Virus record (IMG/VR): IMGVR_UViG_3300023174_000047
Span: 64,001 to 128,000 of that record
Origin: a virus
Lineage: Duplodnaviria; Caudoviricetes
Strand: one strand, 5' to 3'
DNA length: 64,000 nt
Numbering within the stretch: the stretch's first letter is position 1; the number at the start of each line of letters is the position of its first letter. Below are positions 9,814 to 18,558 of this stretch, piece after piece. A program made the position numbers and the translations under genes. A model generated the notes under the pieces. That model saw only the letters and a program-made list of their open reading frames with translations, did no database searches and was not told the origin of the DNA.

Positions 9814-10436
9814 CCCCAAGAGGTGCCCTTGAACCAATCACTTTTACCGGTTGATACATGTGAGCCAACGTTTGCTGGTCTGCCTCCATTGCGTGTAGTT
9901 TCAGTCTGAGGCAGCGGAGTTATTTCATGAATTGTAATTACATCTGCTGCCTCTGAATATCCACCATCTTCAGGAATTTCCCTATCCTTGCAGCCAAAGC
10001 AATTACTATAAATTGCAGAATTATCTTCGTGCTCAAACACCTCAACTTGATTGACGCTGCAGCGTTCACCATATTTCTCTTTAAGAAACTGTGATGCAAT
10101 TTCGAAGCATTTCTCAGCAGCTCTTTCTACTCCAACACCTTTTTCAAAAACACGAAGCTGAATGATGCCTGCTGCATCTAATGCTCTAAATTGATCAATT
10201 GCCGGATCATCAGCAGCTACACAATATGTGTGATCAAAAATGTATTGTAGTTGTTTTTTGAGCTCTTTAAGGCTGCCAAAATCAACCGCCCAATTTTTAT
10301 CATCCAACTCTTCACATCTGAACCAAAACTTTGCTTTAAGCTGGTAGCCATGAATGAATTGGCAGTGTGAATGTTTTGCTTTCCACTGACGAAAAGCACA
10401 TGATCCCAACTCTATTACTTTAGTACTTGTAAACAT
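9810..10436 (-). CDS. queD: 6-carboxytetrahydropterin synthase
   Basis: CAFRQ...HCQFIHGY, VDFGSLK, FDHT, VFEHEDNSA. Confidence 0.88.
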   Translation of the reverse strand: MFTSTKVIELGSCAFRQWKAKHSHCQFIHGYQLKAKFWFRCEELDDKNWAVDFGSLKELKKQLQYIFDHTYCVAADDPAIDQFRALDAAGIIQLRVFEKGVGVERAAEKCFEIASQFLKEKYGERCSVNQVEVFEHEDNSAIYSNCFGCKDREIPEDGGYSEAADVITIHEITPLPQTETTRNGGRPANVGSHVSTGKSDWFKGTSWG

Positions 10437-10465
10437 ATCACAATATACTACTAAAATTTATAAAA

Positions 10466-11359
10466 TCAAGATTGCTGGGCCGAAAAGTTTATAACAAAAT
10501 CGTTTGAATTAGGAACTCTTGCAAGAAGACCGTATCCTTGAACTAGTGAGTTGTCTTTTATATTCATACATGTAAAAAGAGCATTTTCGTTTAAAAATTC
10601 TGGCTTTGATGTGATATCTGTAAATTTAATGCCTGCTTTTTGCGGTGGCTGATTAGTAGGTGGTATGGGTGGTGGATTAGTAGGTGGTATGGGTGGTGGA
10701 TTAGTAGGTGGTATGGGTGGTGGATTAGTAGGTGGTATGGGTGGTGGATTAGTATTTTCAAAAAGATATGTATAAAAATTAGCTATATCTCTAAAGCTTT
10801 TATTCTCAAGTACATTTCTAGTTTTATTTAGAAGCTGTATTTTTAATATATAAAAGGTCTTATTACTCGACCCGGTAAAGGAAGCTGTACCTTTGCTGTC
10901 TACAACTCTAAAGGATTTACCCAACATATCTTGCGAAATCATTGTTATTCTGTCTTTGCTTGTTGTTGGTGTTTTTTGCGTTGAATTATTTGTATCTGAA
11001 CCAGGCACCGCTGATGTTCCTGTAACTTGAGGTCCAAATACTGCCCTCGCAGCTGTACCTGCTACGCCGCGTGTAATGCTGCCTAATGCACCCAATGCAC
11101 CAACTGGCTTCTGGCCTGCAGCACCTTGTAGGTAATTAGCTACCATATTTTCAATTACAACTGCTTTTTTAGGAATATTTAGAGTACTATTGTTATAAAA
11201 AAATTTGATTTCATTTTCTGTTTCTGCAAGAATATATCCAACATATCCATCATATTGACCATAATCTTCAGCATATTTGTTAAGTGGATCAACTTTGAGT
11301 CGCACTTTTTGGAGATTTTTTTCAAGCACTGCATTATATTGTTCAAAAAATTTTGACAT
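10466..11359 (-). CDS. Hypothetical late protein with Pro-rich tandem repeat; possible internal head protein
   Basis: TAAATA 5 nt before ATG; KVRLKVDP N-domain; (TNPPPIPP)x4. Confidence 0.7.
   Translation of the reverse strand: MSKFFEQYNAVLEKNLQKVRLKVDPLNKYAEDYGQYDGYVGYILAETENEIKFFYNNSTLNIPKKAVVIENMVANYLQGAAGQKPVGALGALGSITRGVAGTAARAVFGPQVTGTSAVPGSDTNNSTQKTPTTSKDRITMISQDMLGKSFRVVDSKGTASFTGSSNKTFYILKIQLLNKTRNVLENKSFRDIANFYTYLFENTNPPPIPPTNPPPIPPTNPPPIPPTNPPPIPPTNQPPQKAGIKFTDITSKPEFLNENALFTCMNIKDNSLVQGYGLLARVPNSNDFVINFSAQQS
10651..10754. repeat. Perfect 24-bp coding tandem repeat, 4 copies plus 8 bp
   Basis: GATTAGTAGGTGGTATGGGTGGTG at 10651, 10675, 10699, 10723; partial copy at 10747. Confidence 0.97.
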
Positions 11360-11404
11360 GCAGTTATTTAGTAGACTTTTATGGTTTTTACACTATATTA
11401 AAAA

Positions 11405-12046
11405 ATGGAATTGCTCAAATACGCCAACGGTAACCTACCGCAATCAGAAGAAGAACGTCAAAAAATGATTGATGAAGCATCAAAACATTATGCAGAGTTT
11501 ATGACTGCATTGAAGTTTGACTTCAAACAAGATCCTAATAGTGCAGATACACCTCGTCGTGTTGCTAAAGCCTGGGTAAATGATCTTATTGCAGGATGTT
11601 ATTCATCGCCGCCAAATATTACATCGTTTGATAATATTGATGGATATGATGGAATGGTGTGCCAGAATAATATAAAAGTTGTATCCATGTGTTCTCATCA
11701 TCATTTGCAGTTCACTGGGCGTGCACATGTAGCATATATTCCATCAAAAGAAGGTAAAGTCATAGGTCTCAGCAAGCTCAATCGCATTGTTGACTGGTTT
11801 GCTCGTCGGCCACAGGTACAAGAAGCATTAACATCTCAAATTTTTGATTATGTTGATAAGGTTTGCGTAAAAAACAAAGGTGTAGCAGTGATGATTGAAT
11901 GCAATCATACATGTTGCAGCAACCGCGGAATTAAGCATGACTCAACAATGAGAACAGCTCGTGTAAGTGGTGCATTTCATGATGAAAGCGGTGCAAGTAG
12001 AGCTGAATTTTATAAATTCATTGAATTTGCGCAGACTCGTTATTAA
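11405..12046 (+). CDS. folE: GTP cyclohydrolase I
   Basis: DTPRRVAKAW, SMCSHHH, GLSKLNRIVDWFARRPQVQE, HTCCSNRG. Confidence 0.95.
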   Translation: MELLKYANGNLPQSEEERQKMIDEASKHYAEFMTALKFDFKQDPNSADTPRRVAKAWVNDLIAGCYSSPPNITSFDNIDGYDGMVCQNNIKVVSMCSHHHLQFTGRAHVAYIPSKEGKVIGLSKLNRIVDWFARRPQVQEALTSQIFDYVDKVCVKNKGVAVMIECNHTCCSNRGIKHDSTMRTARVSGAFHDESGASRAEFYKFIEFAQTRY

Positions 12047-12060
12047 GCAAGTTAAATTTA

Positions 12061-12462
12061 CTATGTAAGTGCAGGATCCACTACACTATTCATTTGAGCA
12101 ATAAAGTTCTTGCTCAGAAGTACAGGCTCAGTCATGCCGGTGCGATCAGAAATAGTAAAAGGCTGATTTTTGTAAGTCATCCCGCCAACCGTCACGTCGA
12201 GTTTAATCACGTGACGGTTTTCTTGTAATTGTGGACCCTTGTTAATCGTCATTGTGCCACAGGAATTTGCTCTGTGCTGCTTGTTGTTGCATACAAATGT
12301 CACTATACTCCCATCATCTTTGATGTTGGTTGCATGTAAAACGTTATGACCGTCATTGCCTGTATCAGCTTTAGCTTCAAAATTACCAATGCCGTGAACT
12401 GTAACTCTAATTGTAGGTGGAATTGCTTTCTTTTCGTAAAAAAACTGTATGAACGTCTGCAC
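12061..12462 (-). CDS. Retropepsin-like aspartic protease (RimK-associated / ATP-dependent Zn protease family)
   Basis: AKADTGN catalytic DTG, LHATNI, DRTGMTEPVLLSKNF; GTG start 5 nt after AATAAATA. Confidence 0.8.
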   Translation of the reverse strand: MQTFIQFFYEKKAIPPTIRVTVHGIGNFEAKADTGNDGHNVLHATNIKDDGSIVTFVCNNKQHRANSCGTMTINKGPQLQENRHVIKLDVTVGGMTYKNQPFTISDRTGMTEPVLLSKNFIAQMNSVVDPALT

Positions 12463-12470
12463 TTGTTTAT

Positions 12471-13520
12471 TTATTTTGCAAATTTGATTTTGTACCCACC
12501 TGAATCATAACACGGCGAGAAAGTTACATTGCACATGCGCAGAATTTTGCAAAGATTTAAACAATTTTGCATATCATACTTGATGCTAGCTGACTCTAAA
12601 ACAAAAGCAGTGCCAAATGGCACTGTCTTTTTGCCAGGATGTTTAAAGAGAACAAACCAGTCATCATGTTTGTGGGTGATGTATTCTAACAATTGTATAG
12701 CGCCTAGAACAAACATCGCATCTTCTTTGCATTTAATTAAATTATCGGCATATGCTGCACGTGCTAAATGAGATATACTGCATGGTAGCATAGAGAAGTC
12801 ATAATTTAACCGAACAATTGAAGCATTATTATCAAATGTAAATTCAGTTTGCAATTCATTTGTTTCAATTCCTTCTTTTGCAAACTGATTAATAAACTTA
12901 TCAATTTTTACTTTGTTACTTATCCACTTGCTTGTCTCACCAATTCGCCCGCCTTCGCCTTTTATTTCAATCAAGTTGTTGCACACAACTATGTCACCTT
13001 TGCAAGCTTTGTATCCTCCTGTTAGCAGCAGCAATGGCAATTCTGATGGACCTGAATAGCCGCGTGTTTTTCCTTCATCTGAAATGGGTCTCATTTTTGT
13101 CCACACCTCTGCTGTATATTCACTGGCAGTAAAATCAGCTTTATAGAAGTTGTTTAAAAATTCAACAACGTTGCATTTTTTAAATGCATTTTGCTTTAAA
13201 AATTCTAAAAATAATGGTGCAGCTTCATCTTTTGTGATGGTTTCTAACATTTGCATTACACATTCTTTGGCAACATCACAAAAATAACCAAATAGTTTGT
13301 TTAGCTCTGTAAGTCTATCAATTACCCTACCGGTCAATGCAACATTGCTGCTACGTTTGTGTAAATTTTCATTAATTATTTTAAAGCATTTGCCAATTTG
13401 CTTGTGATTTTGCTGCAAATTTATGTAATGAATAATTACTTCACTCCATAGACAGTCATCAATCTGAAAATCTTGCACTACATCACCACCACATTCACTT
13501 GTTACAGCTAGTTTTAGCAT
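12471..13520 (-). CDS. Putative PD-(D/E)xK nuclease-like protein
   Basis: GPSE...KGDIVVCNNLIEIKGEGGRI (E..D..ExK arrangement). Confidence 0.55.
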   Translation of the reverse strand: MLKLAVTSECGGDVVQDFQIDDCLWSEVIIHYINLQQNHKQIGKCFKIINENLHKRSSNVALTGRVIDRLTELNKLFGYFCDVAKECVMQMLETITKDEAAPLFLEFLKQNAFKKCNVVEFLNNFYKADFTASEYTAEVWTKMRPISDEGKTRGYSGPSELPLLLLTGGYKACKGDIVVCNNLIEIKGEGGRIGETSKWISNKVKIDKFINQFAKEGIETNELQTEFTFDNNASIVRLNYDFSMLPCSISHLARAAYADNLIKCKEDAMFVLGAIQLLEYITHKHDDWFVLFKHPGKKTVPFGTAFVLESASIKYDMQNCLNLCKILRMCNVTFSPCYDSGGYKIKFAK

Positions 13521-13523
13521 GCA

Positions 13524-13928
13524 TTAAGCAGATGTAGACATATTCTTGATAATAGCACTAACGTTTTGCTCAACTTGAGCTGGCTCAGCTGTAGTTAGTT
13601 GCTGAATAGCAATTTGAATTTGCTTTTCAATGTCTTTTGGTATGCTTGATTTGACTGCTTGCAACCTTTCACTATCACCGCTTTCAACTGCGCCTGCTGT
13701 TTGACCAATAATGCGTAGTAAATTAATAACAATGGTACGGAATATATCATACCCACCCTGAATCTGTTCAACGGTTTTACCATTCTGTGGTGGTGCAGCA
13801 GCTGCGGGCTGTTGGGGCATTGCTGCATCAGGCTGCTGGCCTTGTTGCAGCACTTCACCACCTTCATCCTGTTCTGTGAGGTATGTAATGCGGGCTTCTC
13901 TAATTACTCTATCAAAAATGCTATCCAT
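13524..13928 (-). CDS. Hypothetical late protein, Q/P/A-rich linker, propeptide-like N-terminus
   Basis: TAAATA 6 nt before ATG; MDSIFDRVIRE...YLTEQ. Confidence 0.7.
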   Translation of the reverse strand: MDSIFDRVIREARITYLTEQDEGGEVLQQGQQPDAAMPQQPAAAAPPQNGKTVEQIQGGYDIFRTIVINLLRIIGQTAGAVESGDSERLQAVKSSIPKDIEKQIQIAIQQLTTAEPAQVEQNVSAIIKNMSTSA

Positions 13929-13929
13929 T

Positions 13930-14448
13930 TTAAGTATTTAGTAACATGCATCTTGTTTTCAAACAATTGAAGTAATTATCGTTGAGAAAATACAATTGAT
14001 ATTTATTAATGAACTTTTTTGATTTTTCAAATTTATAGTTTTGCTTGTCATCATTACTAATTTGCATCAAAAAAGACATTCCATGATGATTGGTTATTAA
14101 CTCTTGATAGTATGTGATGGGTTTGCTGCTGCAATACCATGTAAGAGGCAACTTCTTTGTAGTTTCTTTAATGAGCTTGTGTATGAACACTTTAATTTTA
14201 CCATCTTCATCACCTTGCACCTGCATACACTTGTCACTGTAATAGAAGACTACTTTGCCATGTGTTATACCCATCACAACATCACAACAGTGTTTGATTA
14301 TGCAATGGGTGAGAACACGCTTAGCATTGGTGTCAAACTTGTCAATGTGATATTCATATGTTATTTTGCTGTATTCCACTAAAGCATGTTGCAGTAGTGT
14401 GCAAAAATCGCATAATGTTACATTGAACAGTGGATACTCATGAATCAT
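13930..14448 (-). CDS. Hypothetical protein
   Basis: 172 aa ORF coupled (ATGA overlap) to the upstream nuclease gene. Confidence 0.65.
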   Translation of the reverse strand: MIHEYPLFNVTLCDFCTLLQHALVEYSKITYEYHIDKFDTNAKRVLTHCIIKHCCDVVMGITHGKVVFYYSDKCMQVQGDEDGKIKVFIHKLIKETTKKLPLTWYCSSKPITYYQELITNHHGMSFLMQISNDDKQNYKFEKSKKFINKYQLYFLNDNYFNCLKTRCMLLNT

Positions 14449-14861
14449 CTATACTCTTTTAATTTACCGAGCCTGCAGTTGATAATCCCGTTATAATATT
14501 CTTTTTTTAACAATACTTGTCTGTTAATTTGTTCTTCAATTTCAAAGTACCCAAGCTCCCATTTGCTATTGCAGAACTTAATAATTACAAATGAAAAATT
14601 ATCTTTGCCGTGTGTTGTAATATCAGCATTTAAATCATTACAGCTTCCTGTATATGTCTTCCAGTCTGACTGCTTTGTTACAATTTCTCTCTTTTTTTTA
14701 TTTTTTCTGAGTGGCTTTTTGCGTTTAATTATACACTGTTTTTTTCCAATGTATTGTCTTTTCGATATATTATTAGTTATACAATAGATAAATCCGTAAA
14801 AATCAGCAGGAATCTGTATATTACATACCCAATGTCCTAGATCCTCACTCTCTTCTATCAT
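14445..14861 (-). CDS. Small GIY-YIG endonuclease (endonuclease II / Seg-like)
   Basis: GFIYCITN...QYIGKK, SDWKTYTGS, YFEIEEQ, YYNGII. Confidence 0.85.
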   Translation of the reverse strand: MIEESEDLGHWVCNIQIPADFYGFIYCITNNISKRQYIGKKQCIIKRKKPLRKNKKKREIVTKQSDWKTYTGSCNDLNADITTHGKDNFSFVIIKFCNSKWELGYFEIEEQINRQVLLKKEYYNGIINCRLGKLKEYR

Positions 14862-14900
14862 CTATGCAATTAGTTAGTCGTTAGCATAAAATAATGCAAC

Positions 14901-15146
14901 TCACTTCTTTTTGCTTTTAGCACTTTTAGTTATTTTACCTGTTAAAAACACCGTTTCTGGTGCAGTTCGTCGATTAATTTTTTTCTTTGCACCTAAAATT
15001 TTTGGCATGCGTGCATCATTTGGCTGCGGATGATCAGCATTTGACATACCCATGTTATCATAATACTGTGAGTCAGCACCAAAGGCACCAGACGTCATAT
15101 CTTCTGCTAAAATGCGGTCAAAGACTTGTTTAAATATAGTTGACAT
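14901..15146 (-). CDS. Small hypothetical protein with propeptide-like N-terminus
   Basis: MSTIFKQVFDRILAE; basic C-terminus. Confidence 0.65.
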   Translation of the reverse strand: MSTIFKQVFDRILAEDMTSGAFGADSQYYDNMGMSNADHPQPNDARMPKILGAKKKINRRTAPETVFLTGKITKSAKSKKK

Positions 15147-15167
15147 TTGTAAGTAATATTATATATT
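15140..15167 (+). promoter_or_regulatory. Sigma70-like early/middle promoter of uvsY-uvsW
   Basis: TTGACA-N16-TATATT, 7 nt before ATG 15175. Confidence 0.65.
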
Positions 15168-15174
15168 TACTCCA

Positions 15175-15573
15175 ATGAACGAGCTGCTCTCAAGATACAT
15201 TGAGCAAATCAAAGCTGATTTAGAGATAAATCAAATTAATATTGCTGATGTGGCAAGAAAGCTACCTGTACGCAGGCATTTCTGGGCTGCGCGACTCATT
15301 GAACATAAAATCAAAATAACTTCTCTTGAGAAACAAAAGCAGCAGATATTAAAAGAGGTATCCCAAAAGATAATCAGTGAAGCTCCAGTAAAAATTGAAG
15401 CAAAAAACATTAATAAAGCTGCAGAGCAAAGCGAATCCATTCAAAAAATCAATGAAGACATTACTGACAATAAAAATATTGTAGAATTTCTTGAACAGGT
15501 GCAGAGAAATTTCTTCTCTGCAACCTATGACGTTAAAAACGTCATTGACATACTTAAACTCGAGCAGACATGA
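15175..15573 (+). CDS. uvsY: UvsY-like recombination mediator
   Basis: 132 aa helical protein directly before UvsW; C-terminus TYDVKNVIDILKLE resembles the UvsY end. Confidence 0.7.
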   Translation: MNELLSRYIEQIKADLEINQINIADVARKLPVRRHFWAARLIEHKIKITSLEKQKQQILKEVSQKIISEAPVKIEAKNINKAAEQSESIQKINEDITDNKNIVEFLEQVQRNFFSATYDVKNVIDILKLEQT

Positions 15574-15596
15574 GTTTAAGTATGTAATTTTTTTGA

Positions 15597-17039
15597 ATGA
15601 ACATCAAGTTTGATATTGTCAATGATGATGCTTATATCATTGCAACAGATGAAGTGCTAGAACAAATAAGATTTGAATTTAGCATTGAAAATGCTGCAAA
15701 AAACTTTGTTAAGGGCAGGAAAAAAAATTTTATACCTAGCCGCATATATGCAATTGCACCTACTGGTAAATTTGAAATAGGGCTTGCCGGTGAAATCTTG
15801 CGCATTATAGCCTGCAAGCAGCTTGCATCTAAAGTCGAAATGACAGATGCATTCAAAAAGCTTTATAAACCTACCATTGATGCACAGGTATATAATTCAC
15901 TAGCATTTGAACTGAGAAGCTACCAACACGAAGGCATCTCAAAAGCACTTAAACAGGGCAGAGGCATCTGTCTACTTGCAACAGGAGCAGGTAAAACGCT
16001 CATCATGGCATGTTTAGCAGCAAGTATAAAAACACCATGCAAGCCCTTCAAGTGTTTAATCGTTGTACCGGATCCTGGTCTTGCAATGCAGACATACAAT
16101 GATTTTCAAAAATATCAGGTGCCGTTTAAAGTAAGCTTGTGGACAGGTGAGCACGACTTAGATGAAACTGCAGATGTAATTATTGCAAGTCAGCGTATTC
16201 TGCTTACCCGTGCTGATAATAATAAATGGCTTTACAAAGTAGATGTACTCATTGTAGATGAAGTTCATACCATCAAGAAGGATAATAAGATTAATAAAAT
16301 TATCAGCAAGATTAAAACAAGCAATCGCTTTGGAATGACTGGTACTATGCCAGCAGCCGCAACTGACAAATGGAATGTCTTGGGACTGTTTGGTGAAATA
16401 TTGATTATTAAATCAAGTGCAGAGTTGCGCGCAGGTGGATATCTTGCAGAAGTTGAGGTAAAAATACTAAACATCACATACAAAAGTACACCCCAGCAGA
16501 TAGATAAGCGTGATAAAAACCTATCTACAGCAAAATATAGAGCGGAATTGGAATTTTTGCATCATAATGAATATAGAAACAGCATAATTAAACAGTTATG
16601 CTGTAACTTTAACAATAATGTATTAATTCTCATTAATCATCTGGATCATGGCGCTGTGTTATTCGAAAAGCTACAACAATGCCCCAACAAGCAAGTCAAA
16701 TACATTCATGGTGGTGTAGATATGGATGATAGAGAGCAAGTTAAAGATCTCATGGAACAACACAATGATATGATTGTGATAGCCATGAGCAAGATTTTTT
16801 CCACAGGCATTAGTATTAACAATATTCATATGATTTTATTTGCTGCTGGTGGTAAAAGTTTTGTACGCGTGGTGCAGAGCATAGGCCGTGGCTTAAGATT
16901 ACACGAAACAAAAAATAAACTCATCATTATTGATGTTCAAGACAATTTAAAATATGGTTCTAATCATGCTGCTGTGAGAACACAAATATATAAATCAGAA
17001 AAAATTGACTTATCAGTCAATTGCTTTGTAGAGAAATAA
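15597..17039 (+). CDS. uvsW: UvsW SF2 helicase
   Basis: LRSYQ, ATGAGKT, IVDEVH, GMTGT, FSTGISI, QSIGRGLR. Confidence 0.93.
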   Translation: MNIKFDIVNDDAYIIATDEVLEQIRFEFSIENAAKNFVKGRKKNFIPSRIYAIAPTGKFEIGLAGEILRIIACKQLASKVEMTDAFKKLYKPTIDAQVYNSLAFELRSYQHEGISKALKQGRGICLLATGAGKTLIMACLAASIKTPCKPFKCLIVVPDPGLAMQTYNDFQKYQVPFKVSLWTGEHDLDETADVIIASQRILLTRADNNKWLYKVDVLIVDEVHTIKKDNKINKIISKIKTSNRFGMTGTMPAAATDKWNVLGLFGEILIIKSSAELRAGGYLAEVEVKILNITYKSTPQQIDKRDKNLSTAKYRAELEFLHHNEYRNSIIKQLCCNFNNNVLILINHLDHGAVLFEKLQQCPNKQVKYIHGGVDMDDREQVKDLMEQHNDMIVIAMSKIFSTGISINNIHMILFAAGGKSFVRVVQSIGRGLRLHETKNKLIIIDVQDNLKYGSNHAAVRTQIYKSEKIDLSVNCFVEK

Positions 17040-17063
17040 CAACCCCAATATAGAATAAAAATT

Positions 17064-17546
17064 ATGTCAGTGCAAGTAAAAAAACCAACAACCAAGTTCA
17101 GCAAAGAACAATTTTACGTTAATCCTGAAGTGTTTAAGCAGCAAATCATAGAGTTTTACAAAACAGAATTTTGTGTTGCTGAATTAGGAGATAATTTAAA
17201 TAAAATTGCTCATGGGCTAAGCTTTTCACCCAGCTTCATCAATTATACATATAGAGATGAAATGATTGGAGATGCATTGGTAAAAATGTATGGTGCCCTC
17301 AAGCACAAAAAATACAATACTAATACAGAAACAAATCCGTTCTCGTATTTTACAACCATTGCTTTTCATGCATTCATTAACCGCATTAAAAAGGAAAAAA
17401 AGCACCACGAAGCACTTGAACAATACAAAGCAAATGAATATGAGAAGTTGCTAACCACAGGCATGGTTCACGACGAAAAATATCATATATACACCAAGCC
17501 ATCTTCAGATGATTCAGACTACGAACAAGATAGCGATTTTCAGTGA
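17064..17546 (+). CDS. gp55: T4-like late sigma factor gp55
   Basis: FINYTYRDEMIGDA, NPFSYFTTIAFHAFINRIKKEKK. Confidence 0.92.
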   Translation: MSVQVKKPTTKFSKEQFYVNPEVFKQQIIEFYKTEFCVAELGDNLNKIAHGLSFSPSFINYTYRDEMIGDALVKMYGALKHKKYNTNTETNPFSYFTTIAFHAFINRIKKEKKHHEALEQYKANEYEKLLTTGMVHDEKYHIYTKPSSDDSDYEQDSDFQ

Positions 17547-18558
17547 CCTGCATGTTGGTGTACATTGCAATGGTGCTGCATGGCATGATATATCACTTGA
17601 ATGGGTGCAGTGGTTTGCGAATGATCTTAAAAATAGGTGCATAACAGATATAATATTTTGTGGAGATTTTTTCCATGAAAGAGATGCTGTTGCAGTCAAT
17701 ACTATTCATGTAGCTTGTAGAATTTTAAGTGCATTATCAGACTTTAACTTGCATATGTTTCCAGGCAATCATGATTGCTTCTATAAGGAAAAGAGTGATA
17801 TAAATTCTTTGAGCATTATGCAAGGTCGCAGCAATGTGTTCGTATATGACAAGCCGACACATGCAAGGATTGGAGACAACTGTGAAGCATTTTTATGCCC
17901 ATGGGGCACAGACATTGAGCAAATTGCAGCATGCGATGTTGTGTTTGGTCATTTTGAAATTCAAACGTTCAAAATGAATACATTTAAATTGTGTGACCAC
18001 GGCATAAGCATCAGACAGTTGCTCGAAAAATCGCCGCTCGTTTTTTCAGGTCATTTTCACTTTAGAGATGAGAGAGTTTTTGAAATTGGTAAAATAGTAT
18101 ATGTGGGTAATCCATTTCAAATGGATCTTAATGATGCTGACAATGACAAAGGATATTATATTTTTGATGGAGATACCAAGGAGTATGAATTCATCAACAA
18201 CACCATTTCACCCAAAATATACAAAGTGAAACTTTCCAGCATTGCATTGCAAGACATATGCATTGAAGAACTGCATAGCAAGATAAAAAATAACATCATT
18301 ACATTCATCATTGATGAATTGTTAAGCAGTGATGACATTGAAATTATTAAGAGCAAGATGCATAGTTTTAAGCCACTACAAATCACCTTTGAGACTGAAT
18401 CAAACAAGAATGATAGCAGCAACATTAATGGCATAGATTATTCCTTTGAAGGCATTGATACTGAACAAGCAATCATTGAATTCATTGAATTGATGAATTA
18501 TCCTAACAAAGTCGATTTGCAAAAATATGCAATTGATCTCTACCGCAAATTACAATGA
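17509..18558 (+). CDS. gp47: Recombination nuclease gp47 (Mre11/SbcD-like)
   Basis: SDLHVG, GDFFH, GNHD, GHFEI, SGHFH, YVGNPFQ. Confidence 0.93.
   Translation: MIQTTNKIAIFSDLHVGVHCNGAAWHDISLEWVQWFANDLKNRCITDIIFCGDFFHERDAVAVNTIHVACRILSALSDFNLHMFPGNHDCFYKEKSDINSLSIMQGRSNVFVYDKPTHARIGDNCEAFLCPWGTDIEQIAACDVVFGHFEIQTFKMNTFKLCDHGISIRQLLEKSPLVFSGHFHFRDERVFEIGKIVYVGNPFQMDLNDADNDKGYYIFDGDTKEYEFINNTISPKIYKVKLSSIALQDICIEELHSKIKNNIITFIIDELLSSDDIEIIKSKMHSFKPLQITFETESNKNDSSNINGIDYSFEGIDTEQAIIEFIELMNYPNKVDLQKYAIDLYRKLQ

Noticed and set aside
10640-10831. 24-bp repeat as a CRISPR array, or the plus-strand (RWYGWWIS)n ORF as a gene
   Set aside because: The units are contiguous with no spacers and lie in frame in the minus-strand gene; the plus ORF is a shadow of the repeat.
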